Assembly (NCBI RefSeq): GCF_006345805.1
Contig: NC_042997.1
Coordinates: forward strand, 46,128,001-46,192,000
DNA from: Octopus sinensis
Lineage: Eukaryota
Direction of reading: 5' to 3'
DNA: 64,000 nucleotides
Part shown: positions 26,383 to 39,865 of the stretch, piece by piece
How the letters are laid out: the number at the start of each line of letters is the position of its first letter
Position numbering within the stretch: position 1 is the stretch's first letter
Translations under genes and position numbers: made by a program
The notes under the pieces: generated by a model
Seen by the model: only the letters and a program-made list of their open reading frames with translations
Database searches by the model: none
Told to the model about the DNA's origin: nothing

Positions 26383-26439
<57 letters not shown>

Positions 26440-26738
26440 GTATATACGTATGTAAATATGTATTTATGTATAAATGTGTCTGTATATGTGTATATGATAT
26501 ATATGAATTTATATACGCATATGTGCGTCAGTTTTTGTGCATATATGTGTGCCTGCTTATGTTTTCCTAATAATATATATGGATGGATGTACATGTATCG
26601 CGATACATCATCTATAACACTTCAAGGATGCCAAAACTGTTACCATAACAGTCAGTATGTCTAGCAATTACACGAACACGTTTGAAGCTGTTTGCCACTG
26701 ATTTTCCTCGCTGTCTTTTCTAGGGCCAGAGACTTTCT

Positions 26739-27516
26739 TATTTCTTTATTGCTCACAAGGGGCTAAACTCAGAGAGGACAAACGAGAACAGACAAACGGA
26801 TTAAGTCGATTACATCGACCACAGTGCGTATCTGGTACTTATTTACTCGACCCCGAAAAGATGAAAGACAAAGTCGACCTCGGCGGAATTTGAACGCAGA
26901 TGAAATACCTGTTTCTTTACTACCCACAAGGGGCTAAACACAGGGGGGGGGGGACAAACAAGGACAGACAAACGTATTAAGTCGATTATATCGATCCCAG
27001 TGCGTAACTGGTCCTTATTTAATCGACCCCGAAAGGATGAAAGGCAAAGTCGACCTCGGCGTAATTTGAACTCAGAACGTAGCGGCAGACGAAATACCCA
27101 TTTCTTTGCTACCCACAAGGGGCTAAACCCAGAGGGGACAAACAAGGACAGAAAAAGGGATTAAGTTGATTACATCGACCCCCAGTGCGTAACTGTTACT
27201 TATTTAATCGACCCCGAAAGGATGAAAGGCAAAGTCGACCTCTTCAGAATTTGAACTCAGAACGTAGCGGCAGACGAAATACCTATTTCTTTACTACCCA
27301 CAAGGGGCTAAACACAGAGAGGACAAACAAGGACAGACAAACGGATTAAGTCGATTATATCGACGTCAGTGCGTAACTGTTCCTTATTTAATCGACCCCG
27401 AAAGGATGAAAGGCAAAGTCGACCTCGGCGGAATTTGAACTCAGAACGTAGCGGCAGACGAAAAACCGCTAAGAATTTCGTCCGGCGTGTTAACGTCTCT
27501 GCCAGCTCGCCGCCTT
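26739..27516 (-). mobile_element. Meta-domain-like SINE: one head plus four tandem bodies, single TSD
   Basis: Four ~185-bp units and one head at 27470-27516. 12-bp direct repeat cagagactttct at 26727-26738 and 27522-27533. Confidence 0.92.
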
Positions 27517-29834
27517 AGCGACAGAGACTTTCTGACACCCACCTCACTTTCGTCGATTCCGTTGAGCTTCGTTCACTCCCATTCTGTTAACTGCTTTTTT
27601 TTTTCAAAATTTATATTCAAAATTTATATTCTTCTCACACTTTCTTCTGTGCATTGATGACAAATAAGTTTGGGATAATCCGATAGTGTCATAGACACTT
27701 CGGCTCTGATCAGTTGCCGAGTCTCTATAAAGTTCAAGTATGAAACACATTTGAGTATTGCGATGGTTCCTCTGCTACACGTGCGCACACAGAATACCCA
27801 CCGTTAGAATACTGATAATCAAAATGCCAACGAGACAAAATACCAACAGTCAAATTCTCATTTTGTTTTTATCTAGCAAAGATAATTAAGAAAAGAAAAT
27901 AATTTGTTTTTAAGCTGAAAAAATTCATTAAACAGAAAACGGTTACCAAAAATTTCTATTTGTAAAATAGAAAAAGAAATTGAAATATTTTATCAAAAGA
28001 CTAAAGTAATACATTAAAAAGAAGGTTGCCAAAAATAATTCACTTTAAAATTAATGCAATTTATTAAAATGAAACAATAAATTATGAACTATTGGCCTTA
28101 AGAAAAAAAACACGGTGTTGGTCGGATTATATGTTGTGTGTACCTTGCTATTATTTTGTATCCATTCAAATAGCATTAGCTTCAAGAGATATTGTCCAAT
28201 AATTAATTTCGTGTTAACTAACTCTAGTTGAATATTCTTGACGAATTGGGCATAGTTGTATAGAATATTAGTTGGGCTGTCGAAACTCTTCTATTTAAAG
28301 CCTGGTACCTTCTTTCTTGAGAATTGATTGTTCTGGTTAGATCCGATTCAATTAGTTGTTAACAGTTCATAACTCAATTTGAAACGCTGGACACCTCGAC
28401 GACCTCGATTAACAATGCCGAGCTACGATCTTTGAAAATATTTCAATAACTCGCATAGCACTGTATCGTTCTTTTTCCATCTAGCGTGTCCACAGGATCA
28501 TTATACATGTTGAATACATCTTCTGGAGGAACAAAGTCTTCGGAAGCTTGATGGAGAAAGGACCTTTAGGACTGAACAGCCAGCCCTGCTAATCAGAATT
28601 TGGTGCTTTGTGAAGTTTCTCTTAGAGTATTACCGCTACTGCCGTTCCATATTTGTATTCACATTATAAATGTTTTGTACACCGCTACTTTAACCTAATA
28701 TCTGTTTTTAAATGCGTATATTAATTTAACTCCAGCGTGGAATGCATTAAAACAAACCGGCAAATGTTTTCCTTATTGATTTCTCTATTTTTGGTTTGTC
28801 AGAGCATTCGAAGGGTGGGTGGAGGGGATATTCATCGCTGAAGAAACCAAGTCATGCCGAGACACTGTGTGTCGTTACCCACCAGCATTTTCAGTGAAGA
28901 CCTGTGTTTTTAACGCGTAAATCTCTGGGAAAAACTTCTCTGTGGACATAATATTGTAGTTAGTTCGATGTGTATATATATACATTACATGTTATACACA
29001 CCTGTATTTTACTTTAAGTCTCTTTCAAGTGCGTAGATGTATTGGTAAAAATGAAAATAACAACCAACCATAGTTACTATAGCAATTTTCACTGTTTGTT
29101 GCAGATATTTCAAAGTCATTTGCAATTTATTATAAGGTTCTTTGTGTATATGTTTGGTAACACTGACATTTTTTAGATTCAGAAACAACTTGAATATAAA
29201 GCTGCATTCAAATAATGCATTAGAAAGTATTCAGTGCCAAGACTTTTCCTTTTAGAGACTAAATTTTATATTTTCATTGTTGAAAAAATATAAATATCAC
29301 ACCACTTTCTAATAAGATAAAAATCCTCATGTTTTGTCATTCGTGTAATATTTATACTATCACTGCGACTTTGTATTCGCTGTAAACTGTGTGATAATTT
29401 ATCATTATGCAGCAATGAACAAAATACATTGAAAGATAGACAACATAGTTTGAATTTTCAATGTCACTTCATATGATTGTGCCGCAGCTACGTTTACGTC
29501 CTCAACAGATTCTAAAGCACACAGATCGTGTTAGCAGATGCGAATGGTTTGGGGAAATCTTTTGAATAACATCGGCACAAGTTAGAACTTAATTTGGCCT
29601 CGGAGTACTTTTCACTTATTCTATGAATAATCGTTTCTTAACTTCTGCCGACAATATAAGTATTTGACAAAGAAAATATTTTTACTACGTTGACTACAAG
29701 TTATAGATTAAATCTTACAAAGCTAAATGAATAGAATGATGAATTTTAAAGATCTTTAGAATCTAGATGAAAGTCTAAGTAAACTTCATACAGTAAAGAG
29801 TTGAATATAGTTTATGAAGTGAGAAGGAGATACA

Positions 29835-29868
29835 TATAGCGTTTCGGACATTCGTCCTTCTTTAAAGC
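29835..29868 (-). ncRNA. Degenerate minimal hammerhead motif
   Basis: Minus strand reads ttAAAGA-A-GGAC-gaat-GTCC-GAAAC-GCT: perfect stem II plus GAAAC, but the core is mutated from CUGAAGA. Confidence 0.4.
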
Positions 29869-30652
29869 GAAGTGAAAGATACAATTGTCTCTCATTTCGA
29901 GGACAAGAATGTTTAGAGACACTTAGGAAAGGGAAAAGGAATTATATTAGCTCGTTGGTTTTGTTTTAAATTGTGTCTGTGACTCAAAATACAAAATTTA
30001 TGATTACCGTGCATCTCAATATATAAATTAGAATTACAAACATAAGATATCACCCCAAAGCAAATAGTCGTATAGAATCTCGACCTGACTTCCTCTGGTG
30101 TAGGATGTCATCAATTGCAACGGAGAACAACGTCATACAGATGGAGATCTAGAGTTCCGATTGGCTGATCAATCGATAGTTTCTACAGGAATGTTATACT
30201 CAGAATTTTGTATTTTCTAAAAATTGTCTTTCACTGAAATTGTACTTAGATTGTGGCCATGCTGGGACACTGTCGGGATTTTGTTGAACAGATTGATCCC
30301 CCCGCCCAGTGCTTATTTTTTACATGTTCTATCTGTCGCTTTTGCCGAACCTCTACATTAAGGGAACGTAAACAAACCAACAAGAAGTGAGCGGACAAAC
30401 TCAAAAACACGTACACACACGAAGACGTGCTAACACATACACATACACTCACATAATCCATACACACACACACACGCCGAATCACGCACACACACGCGCA
30501 CGCATATACTCATACACACACAAATACACTCAATTGTTTGCATACATATGCATGTATATATGTGTATGTAAGTGTGTACACTCACGTACATGCGTACAGA
30601 TATATTTGCATATATGTATTCATGTATATCGATAAGGATATATTCATATAGA

Positions 30653-30939
30653 GATATCACCGTGATCACCGTGACCGACCAGGCAATCAGATGTTGTTAC
30701 ACATTGCTGGTCACAATGCGCTTCGCATTGTTTCAGTCTTCAACTGATGCCATCCCGCTGAGTAAGAGAAAGCTGCGGCGAAAAAGTGCAGCAGGGATCG
30801 CCACCACCCCATGCCGGAGCCTGGTGGAGCTTTAGGTGTTTTCACTCAATAAACACTCACATCGCCCGGTCTGGGAATCGAAACCGCGACCCTACGACCG
30901 CGAGTCGGCTGCCCTAACCACTGGGCCATTGCGCCTCCA

Positions 30940-30940
<1 letters not shown>
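30653..30940 (-). mobile_element. tRNA(Arg)-like SINE head A joined to a different tail (tail Y)
   Basis: The first ~170 nt match 11109 and 52987, then it diverges into gggatggcatcagttgaagactgaaac...ggtcacggtgatcacggtgata. Confidence 0.82.
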
Positions 30941-31014
<74 letters not shown>

Positions 31015-31069
31015 CATATGTATATGTATAAATATATGTATATACATGTGTTTATATATGTATATATAC

Positions 31070-31123
<54 letters not shown>

Positions 31124-31690
31124 ATGTGTGTACGTGTATCTATATGTGCTTCTAAATATTAGCTACATTAGATCTTCTCAGTACTGAATAACATTGCTAG
31201 TAAGGTATGCCTACAATTTTCGACCTTCAACAACAAAACCAGGCCTTCTAAACGTTTACCTCCTCATCACCTCCATCGCTCGCTGCTATCTCCCAGACAT
31301 TAATTAAGACAAAATATACAAGCTTGGGTTCGTTACGTTCATCCTTAACAACGTACAGCATCTCTCCTTGTTCGCTGCTGATTATGGATGGTCTTATCAC
31401 TGTCTCGGATTACACAGAATCTATAAATGCCAATGCTAGTAAGATCCACAAGAAGTTGGCATTCTCTATTTCCTTCTTCCTTTGCTCGTACTCTCACTCC
31501 TACTTATTCCAGTAAAAGACCGCTCCACACATTCATACACATACATATACACACAGATATACATACATATGTATATGTATATGTACACACACATATGTAT
31601 GTATATATATATATATGTGTATGTATGTGTGTATATATATATGTATGTATATATATATATGCATGTGTATATATGTGTGTATATATATAT

Positions 31691-31772
<82 letters not shown>

Positions 31773-32621
31773 TATATGCGTGTGTGTATATATATTTATA
31801 TACATATACACATATATATACAACATACATACATACAGATATACACACACATGTATGTATATTATATATATATATATATATATATATGCGTGTGTGTATA
31901 TATTTTTATATACATATATACATATATAAATACAAACATACATACATACACATTTACACATATACGCATAAACACATTTTACACGAAATCATTTTATTCT
32001 CAATTTTTCCTTTGATTAAAATGCTGAAGTAGAAATCAATAAATAATATCAAAGGGATAAAAGAAAGCAAAAGAAGAATGAGATGAACGAATAAACAAGT
32101 GAAAACCTGATCTGGATTGTGGAATAATAATTTCCATGCATCTAGTTTAACGTTATTAAGATTTCCGGAAGTTTCCAATATTTCATATTTAGTAATCAGG
32201 AAATTTGAAGTTTTATATATTTAGCTTGTCCTCAGGATTCCAATCTCTCATTATTTCTTGATCCGTTTTCTCATCACTGATTACAGCTGCCGCTGCACAA
32301 AATAACAAGAATAAAAGATATCACTAATATATTTTGGTGGCGCTATTAAAAGCCGTGGAGATGGAAGAGACAATAAGCAGTGCTTCGGACTAAATGCCTG
32401 GCAGCAGTAATGAATATTTCTGCTGCCAAGTTCAAATTGCTCCAAAGTCAACATTTGATTTTAGTCATCTAGAGGGTGGGGAAAAGATATACCAGTAATA
32501 TACAATACTCTATTAAGTTCACTGTATACCCACATCTCATTACAACCAGTTAGCTTGTCATAGAAATACTTAATACATTTCTAGGAAATCATACAGTATA
32601 GTCTTTGATCAGAATATAATA

Positions 32622-32858
32622 AATGCGCCCTTTTAAAGCCTAGCCAGGTTTCCCGGTTTCAATGGCGTATGTGTACCCCAGATGGACGGGACGCCAGTCC
32701 ATCGCAGTGTTACTCATTTTTGCCTGCTGAGTGGACTGGAGCAACGTGAAATGAAGTGTTTTGCTCAAGAACACAACGCGTCGCCCGGCCCAGGAACCGA
32801 AACAACAATCTAACGATCATGATGCTGACACCCTAACCACTAAGCCACGCGCCTCCAC
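32622..32858 (-). mobile_element. CORE-like tRNA SINE (head B) with tail Z
   Basis: gtggaggcgcgtggcttagtggttagg head and gttgtgttcttgagcaaaacactt. 12-bp TSD agtctttgatca at 32600-32611 and 32859-32870. Confidence 0.82.
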
Positions 32859-32914
32859 AGTCTTTGATCAAATAGAAATAATAAATTATCCTTTCTACTA
32901 GAGACATAACGCTG

Positions 32915-33065
32915 GCAATTCTGTGGGGAAGGGGTAATTGGTAACATCGACCCCACTGCTCAAAAAAGATGAAAGGCAACTTTGAGTCCAGTGAAATCTG
33001 AACTCAGAACACGAAGAGAGACGAAATGCCGCCAATGAATTTTGGCTAGCGTGCTAATGAATCTG
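32915..33065 (-). mobile_element. Degraded Meta-domain-like SINE
   Basis: catcgacccca...gatgaaaggcaac...gaactcagaac...gacgaaatgccgc. Confidence 0.6.
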
Positions 33066-33498
33066 TCAGGTTGTCCTTTGGTAAATGTATAAATGATATA
33101 AAGAAAACATACAATTATTCAGTTCTAGAAAAATCGATGGGATGGTCACTGTTGAAACGCCATTGATAATAACTTTTGAGCCGTTCCACAATACTATAAG
33201 AACCTATACGTAGCCTTTGAATTTCACCTGATTCATCTTTTCAATCTCGAAAACACGACTAGGAAATGTACAGTAGAGTACATTCGATCCACTGAAGTAC
33301 CCACTAGTCTATGACCTTCTGAACATTTCAAGAAATTAGCGTTAAGTAAATGGAAGCAATGCCTCATAGCCGAATATTCAAGCTTCATTTACATTAACTC
33401 TTTCAGAGTTGATAAATGCCTACAAACTATGTATGTATAGATATGTACGCATATTCATATCTGTATGTGTTTGTATATATATAAGTATGTATGTATGC

Positions 33499-33536
<38 letters not shown>

Positions 33537-33557
33537 TATATATTATACATTGCATAT

Positions 33558-33624
<67 letters not shown>

Positions 33625-33999
33625 TATGTATGTATATATATATACATACAGATATATATAAACATATACATATACATGTATATATATATATACACATATA
33701 TACATATATGTATGTATATGTATACATACACCCATGCACTCACACACATATAGATATAGGTGTATAATTCATACATATAAGTATGTATATATACACTTAC
33801 TTACATACACATATATGACTACAATTAAGTTATCATCGTTATTACGTTTTCGTTATTCTGCTTCCGGTTTGCTCCAAAGAGCAGTAGCTTCTAATGATCC
33901 GTTTCCATTATTTTTTCTTTTAATTTAATTACAACAATAGAAATCTTTAAATTGCAAGGACACAATTACTTAATATAGTTACTTTTCAACACAAGTAAT

Positions 34000-34310
34000 T
34001 CCTCTTCAAATTCTCTGAAGGTAAGATACCTATGAGCTTCTTCAGATATTGGCTCCGAAGTGTCCTTGAATAGAAGAAACAGATAATAGCCTTAATGACT
34101 GTATGGTGTAGGATGTATAAAGTATCACATCCCACTGTGGATGGAAGAATGAGTGCATAGGCGTATAAAAATACGACACCTTTCAACAGCAGTCCTCGGT
34201 AGTTGCAGTAGAGTGCAGAGTTTACCTTGAACACATTTCCCTTACAATGAGGAGTGATTGCAGTTGAAGTTCTCTTCAGATTGGCTACACAACGTATAGG
34301 TTGAACCGAC
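34000..34310 (-). mobile_element. Possible decayed LINE RT fragment
   Basis: ITPHCKG...CNYRGLLL resembles the RT domain-1 IIPI.KKG...NYRGISLL motif. Single motif only. Confidence 0.3.
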
Positions 34311-35434
34311 ACTATGGAAAATGACAGCCGGATCGACCCCAGACCTCGTGCATGGGAAGTGAAATTAAAGATTTGGCCGTACTTTGGTTACAGACACACT
34401 CACACTCACACTCACACACGCACACACATACAAAGATACACACATATACACATACACACGAAAAGAGCACGTCTTAATAAATGTGTGTTTGTATGTATAT
34501 AGACGTACACATATGCACACATACATACACAAAGATACATACATATACGTATATGTATGTATGTATGTATGTATATATATATATAAATATATATATGTAT
34601 ATATATAATTTATATATATGTATATATAGATATTTAATATATATATATATATGTATATATATATATTTATATATATATGTATATATATATATATTATATT
34701 CTATACACATACAGAATAACGTATGAATTATATAGCTATATATATCTCTATATATAAATACATACATATGTCTGTATATGCATAAATATATATACATATA
34801 TATATGTATGTATATACTTACATACATATATATATATATTATATATAATTATTATATATATATATATATATATATATAACATATACGGCATAAAAGAGCG
34901 TGGCTAAATGTTTAATTTCCGTTTATAATTCCAAAGCTCTCAATATTGATAGAAGAGTCTTCTAGACTGTGATCTTTAATTTTGCTATCCGTTGTTTCTT
35001 TTTGAAGCATGGTTTTTCTGTGGTGTCAAGGTATTTGGTCATAGCGATCTTCTGCTGATTTTTGTGGGTAGATGAGGAAGCAAAAGCGAAGCTTTTTCTT
35101 TTGCTACATTATCTAGGGGAAAAAGTTCTCTGAAGTTTACAGAATTCAAATTTGCGGAACGGAGAGTAACAACAGGAAATAAAGGCAGCAATACTCACGT
35201 GCTTCTGCGCACTCACACGCACACACATATATGTATGTATATGTGTGCTGGAATGTGCGTGTGGATGTGTATATATTTGTATATACACACATACACATAG
35301 ATATACACACATATTTACATAAACATACATAAGTACACATACACACATACATACACATACATACACATACACATACATATATATATATGTTTACCTAGAT
35401 ACACATAGATATACACCTGTGTATATAATTATGC

Positions 35435-35506
<72 letters not shown>

Positions 35507-36449
35507 TTATCTATCTATCTACGTACATACATAAATACCTACATCTATGATAATAAATGTCAATACGAATTTCTGTGTGTCAGTGTGACCTACTCTTTCA
35601 CTATTCGATGTGTCCTTCTTCTACTCCTCTTGCCGGGGTGAGAGTGATTGTAGGCATGGAGACGGCGAGTGCGGTAGTAAATTGACAATTGAGATAGTAA
35701 TAATAGTATGAGCTGCAGTTGTGATAGAGGCGGAGGCGACGGTGATGATGGCGGTGGTGGTAGTAGCTGAGGCAGTCAAGCGTGACGGTGATAGTAAAGG
35801 ATGTGAAAGACAGTGGTGATAGTTGTGGAAGGGAAGGCGGCGAAATCAAAAGTGTTAATGGTGGTGGCGTCGAAAGTCTGAATGGTGTGTGTATGGCAGT
35901 TGTGGTGGCGATGGTGGTTGTGTTGGTGATGTTTCGAAACAATCAACAGAAAGAGAAAGAGATAGGAGAGACAGAGAGTGAGAGAAAGAGAGAGAGAGAG
36001 AGATAGAGAAAGAGAGAAATATGTTAGACAGAAAAACAAGTGTATTGATTCCCGAATGAGAAGGCAAAAATGTTTATCATGAAGATTTGCAATAAGTTCC
36101 AAGTCGACAAATTATATCCTTGTTTTGATGAAAATTGTTCACTGCTTGAAAAATATTGATCAAGTTTGATAAAACTTAATATATATTCAATGCATAGAGT
36201 GCCATTATTGGGCTCAATACCCAATGAAGAGCCCTCCACAGGATCTAGCTTACCCACCCCCCGATAAGGCGGCTTTTAAGCTAGTTTATACATACATATG
36301 TACATATATAAATATAAACAGATGAATTTATATTCTCTCAAGAGAACCCGAAGTAATTTTGTTTTCTTTTGAAATATTTTCTCTCATGGCACATCGAATA
36401 AAGGTATAACTAATAACATGAGAGTAGAAGGTTGATAGAGAAGCTCCTA

Positions 36450-37925
36450 TCCTAGTATGTCATCCCGGTTTTCAAACAGAGAAACAGATCCCTCGCAGTC
36501 AACTATCGCCCAATCTCACTCACCCCCCACATCATTAAAGTGTTTGAAAGAGTGGTAAGATCAAGGATAGCTGACTTCCTGGAGACCCACAAACTCCTAA
36601 ATGCAATTCAGCTGTCTAACACAGCTCTTACACCACATTGAAGATATACTTAAAGCCTTGGGAAGAGGTTCGAACTCTGATGTCGTATATCTTGACTTCA
36701 GTAAAACGTTCGACAGGGTTGACCATAATATCCTACTCTCAATATTGGCAAATGTTGGAATCCGTGGAAAACTTCTTCACTGGATTAAGTATTCCCTGGC
36801 AAATAGCACACAAGAAGTTGTGGTCGATGGAGTCCACTCAAGCCCAGCAAAAGTCACCAGTGGTGTCCCTCAGGGCCCGCTCCCCTTCATAATTTACATA
36901 AATGACCTTTCCATTGTCGTAAATCATTGCAAAGTGAAAATATTTGCTGTTGACTCTTAGCTCCAGTAAATCATCAATGAAGAAGAAGACTGAACTCAAT
37001 TCCGGTATGATCTATATGCTGCGAGTCAATGGGCAGATAGAAACAAAATACAACTGAACGAGGGAAAATTTGAGCTGATGCATTTTGGAAGAAAATCTGT
37101 ACTAAAACAGCCATACTCTCTTCCTTCAGGGGAACCGCTCACGGCATCTTAAAATATTAGAGATCTGGGTGTAATTGTTGATAACAATCTTAGTTGGAGT
37201 GCCCACATCAACAATAAGGTCGATATATCTCGTAGTATGAGCTCCTGGCTCTTAAGAACCTTCTGCTCCAGAGAGGAAGGTGTCATCATGCTACTTTTCT
37301 CTTTTTACGGCCACACCTCGAAAACCGCTGCCCCTTGTGGTCTCCCCATACAAAACAAAACATTTCGAAGATTGAATCACCCCAGAGGGCACTCACCAAA
37401 CTAATTGAAAGCATGACTGATCTCGATTACTGGGACGCCCTTAAAGCCTTGAAACTCTAGTCTCTCCAGCGCCACCGTGAGCAGTACATCATTTGTACGA
37501 TGTGGAGAATATACCACCAGCATTGCCCAAGCGACCTGAACGTTAGTTTCAAGATTCATCCAAGGCTGGGACCACGGGCCATACGTCCCCTGCCCAATTC
37601 AGGATCACAACATATAGGTACACGGTGACATAATTTCTTTTCCTCAACAGGCCCTACTCTGTTTAACATTGTCCGAAATCTGATTAAAGAGGAAAAGGAT
37701 CCCCTCACCTTTAAACGGAGTTTGGACAGATTTCTTCAAGGAATACCAGATAAGCCACCCATACCTGGATACAACTCACTCAACAAGAACTCCCTACACG
37801 AATGGAACATAAACAAAACTTGACTTTAAAAGGATTTAGATAATCCTTTTAGGTGGTGGTATTAAGTCAGATATGACCTGGACCAATCATTGGTCGAAAC
37901 ATATCAAAGTTTTATCTAAGTTGTC
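36450..37925 (+). mobile_element. CR1/L2-group LINE, 5'-truncated, pseudogenised RT plus 3' UTR
   Basis: NYRPISLT, YLDFSKTFDRVDH, SGVPQG..PL.FIIYINDL, IFAVDS, RDLGVIVD, RPHLE..CPLWSP, FKRSLDRFL..IPD.P. Ends in a stem-loop at 37870-37905. Confidence 0.92.
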
Positions 37926-37984
37926 TATACAGTGGGACAGATATAAGTATCACTTCTAAAAATTTTGATCTTTTAATTGCTTAA

Positions 37985-38125
37985 CACTAGAAGTATCAAA
38001 GTTTGTTACTTCCTACAAAGACCATAGCGGTCATTTTTGACCGGCATTGAAAATCCATTTTCAATACAATTATTTTAAATATAAGCCCTGCAGGGAATAA
38101 AGGATTTATCTACATATATTTACGT

Positions 38126-38190
<65 letters not shown>

Positions 38191-38322
38191 TATATATATG
38201 CATGTATGCATGTATGTATGTATGTATACAAATATAAATGAAATGAAACTGATTGTTACACATTCAATACAGTCGTGGAAATTTAAAAAGCGGTCATAAA
38301 TGGCCGCTCGGTTCTTCTAGTG
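37985..38322. mobile_element. piggyBac-like MITE with internal (TA)n
   Basis: TTAA|CACTAGAAG ... CTTCTAGTG|TTAA, with gcggtcat subterminal motifs at both ends. Confidence 0.6.
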
Positions 38323-39321
38323 TTAAATCATATCAGCATTATGGGCATTTGTTTTAAGAGCAGCTGATATTACTCAAAATACACCGGACCAACCTAAATG
38401 CATTTCGATATTTAATTTCCTTCTACATATTTTTGCCTTCATAACTTATTAGGGTCTACTTCAAATTTCCTTGCTACATGTTCAACGTACGGGTTATATA
38501 TTGGGGTTAATTCAATCAAATAAATACCACTCTCGTAAAAATAACCTTTCTTCCTTCATAGCGAAAATAGCGGAAGCCACGGATTACCAAGTTCAAGATA
38601 TTGAAGAGTTTGGTTTCTCAGATGCTTTGCTGAAGCATTAAACACCAATGAAGTCAATGTTTGCCGTTAAGCTCTTTTGTACTGGATTCCATTTATTTGA
38701 CTTCACTCACTCTCTCTTCATTACTTGTATTTTGTTTATGCAAATGAAAATATATTAATATATTAATAAATATTTATTAACGAGATGCTCTCGGGTACCA
38801 AATGATAGTGTGGGGTAGAGGGTAAACTAAGCAGGTGAGTTGGATATTTGCTTACATTCATATAAGCGGATGTGTTGGAATAAACTGGGGTGGATGGGAA
38901 TTAGTAACTGTATAGTGTAAGTGGGGAAAATTAGGAAAAGAAAGCATCTTAAAACACATATAGTGACACAAGGAGGCAAAAGAAATTAACAAGAGGCACG
39001 TGAAATTAGCACATACATGTGGTTCAAACGTTCACTTATATTAAGATATATGTTTGAATGATAAAAATAAGATATTTGTTAATTATGGTAATTATGGGAT
39101 TTTTAAAAAAATGCTGTGGACTAAACAAATATTGATACAAGAAACTCGTCTTAAAAAGAAAGAAAAGTAAAACACAATTAAAAGAGTATAATTACCGTTT
39201 CGTGGACTTGCAGTATTTATTATACTATACATAATAAAACAAAGCACTCCGTAAATAGGCGTCAATGATAGACTCATAATTTTTCATCACTGCCCTTCTG
39301 CAGGTTTCTTGGTTTCGATAT

Positions 39322-39865
39322 TCACTTCTTTACAGATCGCTCAGCTTCACTGACAGTTGACGTGCGTTTGCTTCGATATTGCAAGAAAAGTGTAGAGGTC
39401 TCGTTTTCATCCAACACCTGCATATTTTCAAGGAACAGGGCATCTTTATTAACCTGATCATCACTGCTGGTTCCTACAAGAGAGATAGAGCTTCCCGTAA
39501 TATTTGGCCGACGGTGCTTTGGCTCCTGCGAAACCTCCATGAGGATTTCTTCAGATAGGTCAATCATCTCCAAAAGATTCTCAGATGGTTCGCTCTCATC
39601 TTCCGACTCACGTTCGGCAGTTTTTTCCTCAATGCCGTCACCATGAAATAGTTCTGAGCTTTCAATACTGTTTGCATTTTATTCAAGATCATACTCCTCT
39701 TTGCATTTGTTCATTTCGATAGCAAGTGCTTGCTTTTCTTCTATAGAAAAGTTTCCATACGTCGCACCAAGAAATACTCATTTCTCTGCGACGATGTTAT
39801 GAAAAAGAGTTCAAAGAGAAACTACTTAAGTCGTTTTGATTTTGTTAAATCCTTATTCCGTAAAA
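39322..39865 (-). pseudogene. Decayed acidic reading frame with HMG-box-like start (tentative)
   Basis: KDLTKSKRLK*FLFELFF (frameshift) LGATYGNFSIEEKQALAIEMNKCKEEYDLE*, then about 119 open codons rich in E/D/S. No introns evident. Confidence 0.3.

Noticed and set aside
26739-27516. Regular ~185-bp tandem array, possibly CRISPR-like or satellite
   Set aside because: The units are near-identical SINE bodies with no unique spacers, a single head and a TSD.
28150-28620. Protein-like minus-strand fragments (GRRGVQRFKLSYELL)
   Set aside because: Multiple stops and no recognisable family.
37870-37905. GACC/GGTC hairpin followed by GAAAC, suggesting a hammerhead
   Set aside because: There is no CUGANGA core or stem I. 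It is better explained as the 3' stem-loop of the CR1-type LINE (GATATG/CATATC outer stem).
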